Shown: positions 45,834 to 56,990, numbered from the stretch's first letter. The stretch: DNA of 64,000 nt from Halorussus marinus (GCF_004765795.1 NZ_SBIV01000007.1:1-64000), one strand, 5' to 3'. The notes: a model not told the origin generated them from the letters alone. Numbers and translations are program-made.

Positions 45834-45987
45834 TTCCAGATATAGTCTCACCAGCTGCGTGACGCGCCTGTCAGCGAGGTTGTGGCTGCGCGCGCAGCGA
45901 CCGCAGGGAGCGAGCACGGAGCGGTGGGTGGGGCGGCGGGGCGTCCACGGGCGGTGGTCGCCACTAAAAAACGGGGGAGCGCCCCGT

Positions 45988-47067
45988 TCAGCGCAGGGTG
46001 TCCTGTTCCGCTTCGAGGCCGACACCCGGGTCGTCGGTGCCGTGTTCAGTTTCGTAGGCATCGACGAGCTCCCGACTGTACCGCGCGATCCGGTTTCTGG
46101 ACGTCGGCACGATCGTGCTCGCCGCCACAGCGACCTGCTCCTGGGTGAGGTGCTTGCGCGAGAGCAGGCGATCCGCCGCGTACAGCGCTGACGCCGCGAC
46201 GGTGCACCGTGGCGTTCCCGGCCCGACCGGCACCTGATCGCCGAGTTTCATCAGGTGTTGGGCCAGTCGCCACGTCCGCACGGCTCGCGCCCCGGGGATG
46301 GCGTCGTCATCGAGGGCGTCGACGACCGCCATCACGGCGTTGGGTCTGATGAGCGGCGCGTCGAACCCGCATTCGCACCGTATCTTCCGCGCCGCAGCGC
46401 ATACCCGCTCGTGGGGCGCTTTGGTGTGCGTCGCGACCGCGACGTCGATCTCGTCCCGGTCGACCGATGAGGCCCGCGCGGCTAGGAGGACGGCGCCGCC
46501 GGCGAGTGCCTCCCAGGCCATCCGTCCGCCCGGCAGCCGCGCTTCCGAGGCGCTTCGGAGGAACTGTGCTGCCATCTTGACGACGTGGTCCGGCAAGCTC
46601 AGGTTGCCGCCGATCATCTCGACGTCCCGCAGCCCCTCGTTGAGCCGCTTCGTTCGCTTGCGCTTCTCGCCGAACTGCATCCGCTTGTGCCACTTCCGGA
46701 GGCTTTGGACCTTCTCCCACTGCTCGTTGCTCAGGGGATTACCGCGACCGTCGGTGTTCCGCCCGATCTTCGTGTGCAGGCCCTTGTCCGTCCGCAGCGG
46801 GTCCACCGTCTCGATGCTCTGGTCGGCGTCTCCGACCAGCCCCAGGTCGTTCAGCGTCGGGCTCAGGTCGACCCACTCGTCGGCAACGATCAGCCCACAG
46901 TCCGTGCAGAACGACTGCTCGTCTTCGGTGATCACCTGGCCCTCACACTCCGGACAGGCCGACCGCCCCGACGGTTCGTGTTCGACCGTCGACTCGTGAC
47001 CGCGTTCCTCGGTGGTCGTATTCTGTACGTCCGAAACCGTCTTTTCGCTCGCGTTGTTACTCGACAT
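45988..47067 (-). CDS. tfb: Transcription initiation factor IIB paralog
   Basis: Zn ribbon CPECE/CTDCG, DKGLHTKIG, LRKWH, cyclin repeats. Confidence 0.85.
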   Translation of the reverse strand: MSSNNASEKTVSDVQNTTTEERGHESTVEHEPSGRSACPECEGQVITEDEQSFCTDCGLIVADEWVDLSPTLNDLGLVGDADQSIETVDPLRTDKGLHTKIGRNTDGRGNPLSNEQWEKVQSLRKWHKRMQFGEKRKRTKRLNEGLRDVEMIGGNLSLPDHVVKMAAQFLRSASEARLPGGRMAWEALAGGAVLLAARASSVDRDEIDVAVATHTKAPHERVCAAARKIRCECGFDAPLIRPNAVMAVVDALDDDAIPGARAVRTWRLAQHLMKLGDQVPVGPGTPRCTVAASALYAADRLLSRKHLTQEQVAVAASTIVPTSRNRIARYSRELVDAYETEHGTDDPGVGLEAEQDTLR

Positions 47068-47767
47068 TGCAGTAACCCGAAGGCGCTCACCACAGCGCCC
47101 GACACCCCGTGTTCCAGCACGGGGATTTCCTCGACGTCACGACCGACAGAGCCGTCTGCGCGCTCTCGCTCGCGCCTTCGCGAGCGCCCTACCGGGCGCG
47201 AGCGAGAGCGCGCCCGCACGGAGGGATACAACCAGCGCCGCGCGCCGACCCGCCCGGAGCGAGCGACCAGCGGAGAAAGCGTGGGGGGTGAGCAGCCACG
47301 CCGCGCAACCCCCCGCGCTTTCCCGCTGGCGTCGAGGGCACATTCAATTTAGCCCGGCAGTCCGCCCGCTACTGCAGGCAGACCGCCCGGAATGGTCGGT
47401 CGCGAGCGACGCGGAGGGCGCCAGCGGCGAGCGGCGCGGGCCGTTCGAGAAACACCGGACAGCCGATGTCGTCGTTCGCTATCCCGAGCGCCAGCCTGGC
47501 GGACTCAGAAAGGGCGAGGCCGTCTCGACCGTTCTCCGATCCCGCAAGCACCGAGTCCAACGAGACGCGCAGCGTGGGTCGCGGGTAGTCGAGCGGTCGA
47601 GGGCTTTCTTTGCTGTCTCCGATGCCACGCGAGCAGGGAGCAGTATCTCACGAGCAAACTCGACGGACGTGACCCTGATGGCTAAGGGAGTTAGCTGTCG
47701 AGATACCGCTAGTATCGGTGAGCCGGCCAGTTACAGATGTCTCCGTCGCTGATGTGGCAGAAACCCA

Positions 47768-48247
47768 TTACTCGTCCTGGAGTGCGGCGTAGATATCCGC
47801 ATGCCGCCGGCCGTCGAGGGCCCCCATCTCGAGGGCAATCTTTCGACGTTCGGCGTCGCTCTCGGCCGCCTGATACCGCTCATACAGCTGGCGGACCTCG
47901 GCATCAACCGCTGTCGGGTCGCCATCGTAGACGTCGACGTCGTCGGGGGCAGCGAGATCGAGTGGCTCGTCTTCGAGATCCGCTTTGAGGAGGCGGAACC
48001 GCTGAGCGGTCTCGGCGCCGACCAGCTGCGTGACCGTCTCGAAGTCGAGTTGGTCGTCGTAGTACTTCGTCGCGACGAGCTCCCGGAACGGCTCACTGTC
48101 CGCGGTCTTGTCGAGATACTTGCGGAGGGCCTCGATGAGCAGGGCAGATCGGTTCGTGTCGTAGACCTCCGCAATAGCGTCGAGGCGCTCGACGAGCGAC
48201 GCCGGCGAGTGAAAATGAACTCGCTGCAACTCGTCGCTTGGGTCCAT
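47768..48247 (-). CDS. Ribbon-helix-helix (CopG-like) protein
   Basis: RVHFHSPASLVERLDAIA...NRSALLIEALRKYL. Confidence 0.8.
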   Translation of the reverse strand: MDPSDELQRVHFHSPASLVERLDAIAEVYDTNRSALLIEALRKYLDKTADSEPFRELVATKYYDDQLDFETVTQLVGAETAQRFRLLKADLEDEPLDLAAPDDVDVYDGDPTAVDAEVRQLYERYQAAESDAERRKIALEMGALDGRRHADIYAALQDE

Positions 48248-48335
48248 ACGATGCGTACGTTTCGGACAGACGCTGGTAACGGTTTCGGGGCTGTACAGTA
48301 CACGCTCTGAGCGTCAGGAATCGGGAATGTCGAAC

Positions 48336-48668
48336 TCAATCGTCACTCTGTGCGGGCAGCTCTGCCAGGAACCGGGTGGCTGTTGTCCCGATTCGGACGC
48401 CGTCGACGTTGTCGACGTCAAGGTCCGCCGTAGCAGTTCGAAACGGATACTCCTCAACGAGAACCCGATAGATAACGGTCCGAATAGTCTCCGAGCCATA
48501 TCTGTCGACGACAGTCGCCATCGCTTCGTCTAGGTGGGCGTTTTGGTGGTCCACACGTGGGTGCTCTGCTCGCTCGAGAACAAGGTCGACGACGTCATCG
48601 ATCGGTGGATGCTCGGGGTTCCCGGTGCGCTCACGAACGTCATAGAGTGGCTCAGAGCCAGTCATCAT
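48336..48668 (-). CDS. Hypothetical protein (intact paralog of 128..344)
   Basis: Duplicated ORF. Confidence 0.75.
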   Translation of the reverse strand: MMTGSEPLYDVRERTGNPEHPPIDDVVDLVLERAEHPRVDHQNAHLDEAMATVVDRYGSETIRTVIYRVLVEEYPFRTATADLDVDNVDGVRIGTTATRFLAELPAQSDD

Positions 48669-49738
48669 ACTTACTCCGTCGCGTCCTCGTTCGTGTCTTC
48701 TGCCGCTGGCTCCAGCCGTCGCTGTCGACGAACCTCCGCGAGCGTGTCCTCCAGCGTCCCGAGCGCCTCGATGGCTTCGAGTTCATCGGTAATCTCCTCG
48801 AGAAGACCGGCCCGCTCGATCGCATCTGCATCGCCGGCGGTCGTCTCGATTGCCTCAACGCGGAGCTGGCGCTCCTCTTGCCACCCACAGTCCCAGCACG
48901 TCCGGACGACGTCGAGCCGCTCGTCTTCAGCAGCATCGAGCACCGCGTCGGACAGTGACGTCGGCGGCGGTCGGTCCGGCCCGACCTCGAGTGTGACCGG
49001 GCCACCGCACGCAGGACAGTCCATACCCTACAGGATGCGCGCCGCGGTCATCAACATCAGGGACCCGTGAGACGGACTCACAGAGAGGGCTCTCGAGGAA
49101 GCAAACCGGATACGTCAGGCTGGTCGTTGGGACGACAATCGCCCCGGTGACTCAGTAGACGATACGGTTCGTTTAAACTAATACATTTCGGAAGCTGGGA
49201 CTCCAGAGATGGCCCCTCGGCCGGAGAGAGCCGGCGGCCTTCGCACACTGCATATCGCGTCTTTCTTTGGACGAAAACCGCGATATGCAAGACACTATAA
49301 CGCCCTCAAATCGAAGGAGAACCTCGTCGGGCCGATTTGAGACAGTAGAAAATACCTCGACGAGCTCCCGGCTCACTACTATTTCGCTAAAATTGCTCGA
49401 CCACGGGGTAAGCGGGGTAAATTCGGGAAGTACTGATGAGAGATACGAATAGCCCTGTGTCAAGAACGCCTTGCTGGATGGCCGCGCTCTCCCGGGAGAT
49501 GCCGAAAGAGATCCCTATTCCCGCGAATTCGGGATGCTGAATCCACTCAAAATTGCCCGACGGGAGTTTCAGTACAAGGTAGACAGTACTACAACCCTTC
49601 ATCTCAATATACTGAGAGGACGGCTTGTTCACAGTCCGAATTTGACAATGGATAAGTACGGGCCGTTAACCAACAATCCGAATCAGGAACAGAGTTTGTT
49701 GGTTAATAGTCTTCACCCTCCACTGTTTCCGGAGCTTT
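48452..49738. repeat. Copy 2 of the ~1.28-kb direct repeat; includes the inverted repeat at 49666..49706
   Basis: Colinear with 128..1410. Confidence 0.9.
48671..49024 (-). CDS. Small Zn-ribbon protein (paralog of 347..700)
   Basis: CPACG and CWDCG. Confidence 0.8.
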   Translation of the reverse strand: MDCPACGGPVTLEVGPDRPPPTSLSDAVLDAAEDERLDVVRTCWDCGWQEERQLRVEAIETTAGDADAIERAGLLEEITDELEAIEALGTLEDTLAEVRRQRRLEPAAEDTNEDATE

Positions 49739-49795
49739 TGCTGTCTTCGTCCGTCCGACACAAGGCTTTTCGAGCGCCTCCGTGGAATCACAATT

Positions 49796-50755
49796 ATGCG
49801 CCGCCGTGCCTTCCTTGCGACCGTCGCCACGTCCCTCCCCGCAGTAATCGCTGGCTGCACCAGTCCCGGTGGGTTGGGTGGAAGCAACGCCGCTGCAGAA
49901 GCCCCTACAGCACGCCTCGAACTGACGACGATTGCCGACGCGAAACTCCCGACGAAGGTCCTCTATACAGTCCGCCCTGCTGAAGGCAACGACGAAACGG
50001 CACAACTGTTCGATCGGATTCTCGACGGTGGCACGACAACGAAGGCGACACGGCCGCCACTACCCGAACAGCAACATATCGCCTACCAAGACGGCGTCTA
50101 CGAGCTGGCATACGAGGTGATTGAGGAAACGCCGGCCACCAGATACTCCGTGAAAGTGGATATCGTCACCGGATCGGTAACCGAGGCAGAGGCTATTCAG
50201 TTCGCTGACCTCCCCGAAGTTGATCAAGAGGAATTTGCTGCCCACGGACTCGCTAATGGTGACCCGATCGGAATCGGGACGACGTTCCTCTATACAGACG
50301 CCGAGCGCGAACAATCCGTCCTTGTCCCCGAGTCGGAGTACTCGTACATCATCTGGGACGACGGAACAGAAGCCGAATGGGTCATCGACGACGCCTACGA
50401 CACGACGCTGAACACCTATCGCTACACGCCCGACCAGGTGGCAACAGCCGCCGAGTACGGCCAACAGATGCGCGAGCGGTTTACGTTCGAACTTGCGGAC
50501 CTCCCAGACGCCCAGCGAGAGATCGTCGAGACGGCGATCACGGACGGACCGTACGTTGTCGGGCCCGATGAGACGCCGTCTGATGCGCTTGTGGCGCTCG
50601 CAGATCGGTTTCGCGGACACGAACAGCCCCACGGGCTCGACGAGGAGGGTGAAGGTGACCTGAGCGGCACGTATCTGGTTCGGTACCAAGGGGACGTGTA
50701 TTGGACAACGCTCGTCGTCCAGCATAATGCGTTCCAGACGACATCAGCAAGCTGA
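49796..50755 (+). CDS. Tat-exported lipoprotein
   Basis: MRRRAFL twin-arginine signal; IAGC lipobox. Confidence 0.85.
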   Translation: MRRRAFLATVATSLPAVIAGCTSPGGLGGSNAAAEAPTARLELTTIADAKLPTKVLYTVRPAEGNDETAQLFDRILDGGTTTKATRPPLPEQQHIAYQDGVYELAYEVIEETPATRYSVKVDIVTGSVTEAEAIQFADLPEVDQEEFAAHGLANGDPIGIGTTFLYTDAEREQSVLVPESEYSYIIWDDGTEAEWVIDDAYDTTLNTYRYTPDQVATAAEYGQQMRERFTFELADLPDAQREIVETAITDGPYVVGPDETPSDALVALADRFRGHEQPHGLDEEGEGDLSGTYLVRYQGDVYWTTLVVQHNAFQTTSAS

Positions 50756-51064
50756 TCCGGACTATTCTACTGGCATCTTCATTTGACAGATGAGTTGATA
50801 GACACGATTTTATGGTAGTCCGATATGTACGGGGAACTCGGTCGGAGCACTGAAGTGGATCCTCGTCGCCTGCTTCGGGCATCAAGGGCTTAGCGACGCG
50901 ATGTTTGGCGAATCGAATGCCAAGAGGAAATCGAGTCGTACTACGAGTCGCAGCTGGTCCGAGGCGTCGAGAGCATACGGACACCTATTGACTGGGATCG
51001 GACCGACATCCGACGAGAACTCAACGGAACACATATAGTCGGTATCACGGACTGGACCTGACGA

Positions 51065-51770
51065 CCCCCTCCCCCCTTTTTCGAGTTGTAAACTCGTGAC
51101 GGTGGGGAGGGGTGAACAGCAAGAGGGACTACAAAACAGCCGATTGTGGCGGATATACGCGATAGAGAGGCTGAGTATTTCATTTTCTAAATTGTAGCTA
51201 GGAATGCGAAAGTTTATGTTACACGTTACCTTATCATAACCGCACTAGAGACAAAGAAAACAAATTGTCTAGCTCCGGCTAGACAATTGACACCTCTGGA
51301 GTAGATAACCTCTTCATCTCGTCCGTGGTTCTGATCCCGCGTACTATCACGTCTCATTGCCTCTACGCCAACTTCTGTTAACTCAACGCTCGTCACATAG
51401 CGTTTGGTGTGGCCTGTTCCCATCGACTTACAACTCGAAAAAGGGGGGAGAGGGTGCAACATTCGAGATCACCAAATCAGCTTCACCAGCTACCATGTCT
51501 GAAACCCGGTATTACTCTCATTCGTGAACAGGTCCTACAAGCGTCGTTCTTTCGCTACTATTCTGGTGCTTACTACTCGAAAACGGGGAGTGTGAGTAAG
51601 ACCGTATCACCCAGAGCATCATTCACAAAATTCAGATTATGTGGATTTTGCTTCGAGACTCACTTTGACTCCCTTCTCCTTACAACACGAAAACGGGGGG
51701 TCTGGGTCATCGAGTAAGTTCGACGATAGCGAGCTTCGTCGAACTGTTACAACTCGACAACGGAGGGTGA
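51065..51770. promoter_or_regulatory. Putative replication origin upstream of orc1 #3: TTACWACTCGAAAACGGGGGG repeats
   Basis: Copies near 51070 (inverted), 51427, 51571, 51680 and 51747, with an AT-rich stretch at 51170-51300. Confidence 0.75.
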
Positions 51771-51899
51771 TAGATTCCGAAGACGGTATCTGGCTCATTC
51801 AGAGGATACGCGGTTGTAGTCGTTAGATAGCCTGTTTTCGCCCGGTTACAACTCCACAAGGGTCCATATTTTTATACCCAGAGTTCGAGGGGGTTCATA

Positions 51900-53399
51900 A
51901 TGGGACGAGAGGGACGTAGAGCAGGATCGAATAATCCGGAAGGTGAGGAGGATCGTCAATCTTCTGCTGCTGATCCTGAAACTCCTGAATCGAGGGATGG
52001 GGAGGTGGCATCTCCTGGCACGTCACAAACGACCTTCGAAAACGGATCAGATCCCGCCGATTCGTCTCAAGAAGCAACTAACGGCGACGGTGGCGGCATC
52101 TCAATTCGTGATCGTCTCCAAACCGAGTCGTCCGGTGGCGTTTTCGCGAACAAAGACCTCGTCCGGTCAGATACCATCATCGACGAGGATCGTATCGTCG
52201 GTCGTGACGACCAGCTGGGCCGTGTCGTCGACAATCTAAAACCGGTTCTCCAGAATGAGGGGATCCCCGATATGCTCCTAAGCGGGCCATCTGGAACTGG
52301 GAAGTCGCTCATCATTCATGCGGTCTGCAAACAGATCGTCGAACTGTGTGAATCCCAAGGCAAGACCTTCGGGGTCATTTCAATCAACTGCGAGGGGCCG
52401 AAGACAGCAGATCGGGCTGTCTATCGGTTAGTCAAAGCTGCTGCCGACGACCTCGGCGTTGATCCTGGTGTTCCCCAAACCGGCGTCTCAACGGATCAGA
52501 AGCTCGAGCGACTGTACGAACTCATGCGAGAGTATTACGATGGGGTCATCTTCATCCTCGATGAGATCGATATGCTCGAGGGGCCGTATCAGGAAGCAGA
52601 GTACAATTCTCTCATCTACCAGCTTTCACGGGCTCGCAAACTCGCCGACTTTGATGGCCCCATCTCGCTCACGACAATCACGAACTACGCCGACTTCATG
52701 AAGGACCTCAACAGCCGCGCACAGAGTTCCTACAACCCTGACGACATCTTCTTCGACGATTACGATGCGAACCAGCTCCGCAGTATTCTCCGCAACCGAC
52801 GGGACGCCTTCAAACCAGACTCACTTGCAGATGACGTTGTTCCGCTTGTTGCTGCGTTCGGATCCCAAACCCACGGGGATGCGCGAAAAGCGATTGATCT
52901 CCTCAGATGGGCTGGTGAATTAGCCGAGCGGCGTGGAGCCGACACAGTTACCGAAGCCGATGTCCGTGATGCCCAGGAGAAATACACCGAAAACCGCAAG
53001 CTCCGCCATATCAGCGGCATTTCGACTCAAAAGAAACTCTCCATCTACGCCGTGGCGGCGACGGCCAACTACGCAAGAGAACATCCTGAGTGGATCCCTG
53101 CTGGACCTGCGTTCAAGACGTACCAATTCATTGCTGATACGATGGACGCGGACCAGTACAGTCGTGAGACCTTCGTAAATCACGTCACAGAGCAGAGTAC
53201 GTACGGTGTACTGGACTTTGAGCGTCGAGGCAAGGGGCGAGGCAGGGGAGTGCATATGTATTTCTCCCTCTCCGAGGATCCTGAAACGATCATGGAGACG
53301 ATCCGTGAGGATTCCCGATTCGAAGATCTAGCTCACGAAGAGGCGACTATCAGCGCTGTTGTCCGCGAACGGCTGAAGCAGTTCCGGAGTAAGAACTGA
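51900..53399 (+). CDS. orc1: Orc1/Cdc6 replication initiator
   Basis: GPSGTGKS, SINC, ILDEID, YDANQL, GDARKAID, GKGRGRG. Confidence 0.95.
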   Translation: MGREGRRAGSNNPEGEEDRQSSAADPETPESRDGEVASPGTSQTTFENGSDPADSSQEATNGDGGGISIRDRLQTESSGGVFANKDLVRSDTIIDEDRIVGRDDQLGRVVDNLKPVLQNEGIPDMLLSGPSGTGKSLIIHAVCKQIVELCESQGKTFGVISINCEGPKTADRAVYRLVKAAADDLGVDPGVPQTGVSTDQKLERLYELMREYYDGVIFILDEIDMLEGPYQEAEYNSLIYQLSRARKLADFDGPISLTTITNYADFMKDLNSRAQSSYNPDDIFFDDYDANQLRSILRNRRDAFKPDSLADDVVPLVAAFGSQTHGDARKAIDLLRWAGELAERRGADTVTEADVRDAQEKYTENRKLRHISGISTQKKLSIYAVAATANYAREHPEWIPAGPAFKTYQFIADTMDADQYSRETFVNHVTEQSTYGVLDFERRGKGRGRGVHMYFSLSEDPETIMETIREDSRFEDLAHEEATISAVVRERLKQFRSKN

Positions 53400-53419
53400 T
53401 CTCGCCCGTATTTTCCCCG

Positions 53420-53760
53420 CACTTACTTCTCGAAAACGGGGGGTGTTCGTATCCCGCGTGATGCGTTACAACTCGAAAATGGGGGGTGTCATTCGGCGGG
53501 ATGTCTCGTTACTACTCGAAAACGGGGGTGGGTGAGCCAAGAGATTTGACGTGCCAGTTGATGTACTGTGCCTTCCCCTTTCCCTCTCCCATTTACAACT
53601 CGAAAACGGGGGGTGTGTCCTACGATTTCTTTGTCGTCGGTACCATCGATGATGCGGAGACGGTGGAGAAACGACGGAAATACCGGGGTGTGGTCCCTTC
53701 AAAATCAGCGCCACCCCCTCCACCCACATCCAGTTACGACGGAAACGTGGGGTGGGTGTC
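53420..53760. repeat. Downstream iteron cluster TTACWACTCGAAAAYGGGGGG
   Basis: Copies near 53422, 53466, 53509 and 53593; degenerate copy at 53733. Confidence 0.75.
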
Positions 53761-53876
53761 CTCCATCATCGAGTTTTACTCGTCCGGGTTGACCGGACCC
53801 ATTCACACTCTGGGGGGTGTCATCTGCTACGCTACGAATCACGTTGAAACGACATCAGGCTACAGTTCCATCTCGT

Positions 53877-54203
53877 TTACTCGTCGGGATTCACTGGCCC
53901 TTTGTACTTCGACGTCACCGAATCGCCTTCCCGCCACTGCCAGTAGTAGTAGTAGCGGTTGTCGTTGATCTCCTTGATCGTGATCGTCGCCTTCGCCGGC
54001 ACGTCGTCTGGGAGGTCATCGGGGCGCTCCTCGACCTCTTCTTGATCTGCCGACTCCTCGAGACGGGCCTCTCGTTCCTTGTGCTCGGCGAGCGCTTCAG
54101 CGTACGTCGCAACGTCTCGGAGCTGCTCCGGGTCCGACTCGTTGAGCGTGTTGACGATCTCCGTCGGGAGGTTCGCCGGTGGGGTCGGGGATTCGTAGGA
54201 CAT
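53877..54203 (-). CDS. Hypothetical protein (paralog of 28108..28431)
   Basis: Near-identical protein sequence. Confidence 0.8.
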   Translation of the reverse strand: MSYESPTPPANLPTEIVNTLNESDPEQLRDVATYAEALAEHKEREARLEESADQEEVEERPDDLPDDVPAKATITIKEINDNRYYYYWQWREGDSVTSKYKGPVNPDE

Positions 54204-54217
54204 CGGCTACTCTCGTG

Positions 54218-54258
54218 TTAACCAACACGGGCCACGAATCCATAGTTTTGTTGGTTAA
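54218..54258. repeat. TTAACCAACA-N21-TGTTGGTTAA inverted repeat
   Basis: Direct reading. Confidence 0.9.
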
Positions 54259-54341
54259 GCCGACGGAGACAGTTCTCGCGACCGCTGGCTGTAACACTAC
54301 TCGAAACTTCTTTATATGCAAGTTTCGTACTGTGTTACACC

Positions 54342-55268
54342 GTGCTCCGGCGCATCGAACTCGAGGTCCTCGCCACGGTCAACCGCGGCGACACGATCTC
54401 CGAACTCGCGACGAAGCTCGACCACAGCGAGAGTTACCTCTCTCGTGCCGTCGCCGACCTCGTCGAGAAGGGGCTCGTCTACACGGAACGCGATGGCCGG
54501 CGAAAACGAGTCGTCCCCTCGGATGCTCGCGCCGTCGAACGCTACCAGGACCTCGTCCGCCAGCACTCCCACATCGACTTCCCCGAACTGCTGACCGGCA
54601 AGGCACTCGAAGTACTGTACTACCTCGACCAGCCGCGAACCGTCTCCGAGATCGCCGGCCGGAGCGACAACTACCGCAACACGGTCAACCGCGTCCTCAA
54701 GCGGTTTCGCGACCGTGGGCTCGCCGGGACGGCCGACGGCTACTACGAGTTCAACGCCGACTTCGACCGCCTCCACGAGTTCGCCCGGGAACTCGCACAC
54801 CATCTGCATCGCCAGCGCCTCGAAGCCGTCGCCCCGAAGGGGACGATTCTCTGGGAGGATTACGACGAATTCCTCACCCAGACCGAGACGGAGATCGACG
54901 CAGAGGCATTCCACGAAACCGGCCTCGCTCGATTCGCGGCCTATGACCTCCAGTTCCTGCTCACCGGCCACCGCTACTACCTCTACTCCGAGGACCTCGA
55001 CGCAGTTTCGCCGGCGGAGCTCTGCTGTCACACGCTGCTGATCGACAACGGCAGCCGTCACCGTTCGTACTGTCTCCTCCTGCTCAGCCAGGTCGACGTC
55101 GACGAGGAGGACCTCCGAGAGCAGGCGGCGAAGTATGACCTCGAAGACGAAATCGACGCCTTGCTGCGCTACCTCGAGACGCACGGCGAGGTCGACGACG
55201 ACCGGCTCCCGGAGTGGGACGAGTTCCAAAAGCTGGCGGCTGACTACGAGGTGCCACTATCACCATGA
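54342..55268 (+). CDS. MarR-like double-HTH protein (putative antitoxin or regulator)
   Basis: TISELATKLDHSESYLSRAVADLVEKGLV; second HTH; coupled to the NTase gene. Confidence 0.8.
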   Translation: MLRRIELEVLATVNRGDTISELATKLDHSESYLSRAVADLVEKGLVYTERDGRRKRVVPSDARAVERYQDLVRQHSHIDFPELLTGKALEVLYYLDQPRTVSEIAGRSDNYRNTVNRVLKRFRDRGLAGTADGYYEFNADFDRLHEFARELAHHLHRQRLEAVAPKGTILWEDYDEFLTQTETEIDAEAFHETGLARFAAYDLQFLLTGHRYYLYSEDLDAVSPAELCCHTLLIDNGSRHRSYCLLLLSQVDVDEEDLREQAAKYDLEDEIDALLRYLETHGEVDDDRLPEWDEFQKLAADYEVPLSP

Positions 55269-56068
55269 GACCAACATTCAGACGCGAGTACATCGAGAAC
55301 GAGTTCCAGCGAATTGCGGATGGCCTCTCAGCCCCACTCACGGTCTACCTGATCGGTGGTGGTGCGATGTCGCTGCGCGACCTCAAGGGGGCGACGAAAG
55401 ATATCGACCTGGTCGTCCCGGATGGCGACGCGTACGGCCAGCTGTGGGCCGTCCTGATGGACCTCGGGTATGTAGAAGTTCAATCGCTAGATCCAGATTA
55501 TCGGGCGCTGGGGGCGACGAGCTGCGTCGAGAACGACGATGGTTGCCGCCTCGACATCTTCAACCGGCAGGTCGCGAACAAGCTCGTGCTCACCGACGGT
55601 ATGCAAGAGCGCAGCGAGCCGTTCCTCGATACGGATCGACTGACGGTCCGGCTGGTCAGCACCGAGGATATCTTCCTGTTCAAACTGATCGCAGGTCGTG
55701 ACGACGACATCGAGGACATGAATATGCTCGTGCAGGCCGGTCTCGATTACGATGTCGTCCGGGATGAACTCGAAGCCCAGATTGAACGCCTGGGTGACGA
55801 TCAGTTCGCCACGTTCGCGAACGAGGCGCTGGTCGAACTCGAGGAGCGGTACAGAGTGACCACACCGATCGAGGATCGCGTCCAGGAGCTCACGAACAGG
55901 TACTACCGGGGGCTCGAAGTCCTCCAAGCACTCGACGAGCCGATGACCGTCGACGAACTGGCCGCCGAACTGGAGCTGGATACCGACGAGGTTCACGACC
56001 GGATCGCGTATCTCTCAACGTTCGACCGGGTCAGTCGGGATGGCGACACAGTCCGCCCCATGGAGTAG
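55265..56068 (+). CDS. Nucleotidyltransferase-family protein (DUF6036 / AbiEii-like)
   Basis: LIGGGAM...TKDIDLV; K...GR.DD.ED. Confidence 0.8.
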   Translation: MRPTFRREYIENEFQRIADGLSAPLTVYLIGGGAMSLRDLKGATKDIDLVVPDGDAYGQLWAVLMDLGYVEVQSLDPDYRALGATSCVENDDGCRLDIFNRQVANKLVLTDGMQERSEPFLDTDRLTVRLVSTEDIFLFKLIAGRDDDIEDMNMLVQAGLDYDVVRDELEAQIERLGDDQFATFANEALVELEERYRVTTPIEDRVQELTNRYYRGLEVLQALDEPMTVDELAAELELDTDEVHDRIAYLSTFDRVSRDGDTVRPME

Positions 56069-56081
56069 CTCAATCGTTACC

Positions 56082-56897
56082 CTACGGGGAGGGAAGGCGG
56101 CCGTCTGGTCGGGGAACGCGGCCCCGTTTGATCTCGTGATCGACGCGACGCAGGTGTTTACAGCCGCCCTCGGGTGAACGCTGCTGCCAGTCGGGACAGG
56201 TACACGACTCGTCGATGACGTCGACTTCGTACCGGTTCCCGGACGCGGACTGTACCTCATAGCGGCCACCTTTCGAAAGGAGCGAGACGTCCATCGCTTC
56301 GGCGACGGCACGCCTCGTGCGGGGCTCGAGTTCGTCCTTCGACTGTGCGTTCTCGTCGACGACCAGTCGGTCGCGAACGTCGCCCGTTCGGCCACCGTCG
56401 GGAGCGACGACTTCAGTAGGGCCACTGAGGCGCTCGTGGAGCACTTCCTCCACCGTATGGCCTTCCGGCCAGAGGTAGTGGATCTCACGGCGCTCGCGAT
56501 GGTCGTAGGAGCCGCACGCGGCTGCGCATCCAGTCCAGACGCGCCAGGCCCCGAGCGCGGCCATCACGTCGACGATGTCGCGGGGAACCGTCTGGTGGTC
56601 GTCCGGGAAGAACACCCGGAAGCGGGTACACGCCTCCTGTGGCGGGACGGTCTCCCACCAGTCTTCGCTGGAGCCCCAGCTATCGAACATCGCCTCGTCG
56701 TTCCCGTAGCCGACGGTCACGCCGTCGATCGGTGTAAAGTCCGCCGGGAGGTGTTCTGCCTCGCCTTCGAGCACCCGGAGGACGGCGTATCGGAGGTACT
56801 CGTGGGCTTGGTTGTCTGTCGTTCGGGCGACCTGGTCGTGTTGCTCGGCAACGTGCTCGGCTTCCTCGAGGACCGTCGTGAGATAGGGTTCAGTCAT
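56082..56897 (-). CDS. SWIM zinc-finger protein
   Basis: CTCPD...GCKH. Confidence 0.8.
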   Translation of the reverse strand: MTEPYLTTVLEEAEHVAEQHDQVARTTDNQAHEYLRYAVLRVLEGEAEHLPADFTPIDGVTVGYGNDEAMFDSWGSSEDWWETVPPQEACTRFRVFFPDDHQTVPRDIVDVMAALGAWRVWTGCAAACGSYDHRERREIHYLWPEGHTVEEVLHERLSGPTEVVAPDGGRTGDVRDRLVVDENAQSKDELEPRTRRAVAEAMDVSLLSKGGRYEVQSASGNRYEVDVIDESCTCPDWQQRSPEGGCKHLRRVDHEIKRGRVPRPDGRLPSP

Positions 56898-56948
56898 GAT
56901 TCGACGGAGGTCAGAACGCGCCTCCGCCCCTCCGCGGGCGTGAAAAAC

Positions 56949-56990
56949 TTAACCAACAGAGCGGAAGGAATCAATCACTCTGTTGGTTAA
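56949..56990. repeat. TTAACCAACA-N22-TGTTGGTTAA inverted repeat (overlaps the ArdC-like stop)
   Basis: Direct reading. Confidence 0.9.

Noticed and set aside
51065..53760. CRISPR array, suggested by the repeated ~21-mers (also at 27450-27630)
   Set aside because: Irregular spacing, mixed orientation, G-strings, adjacency to orc1 and no cas genes; these fit origin iterons.
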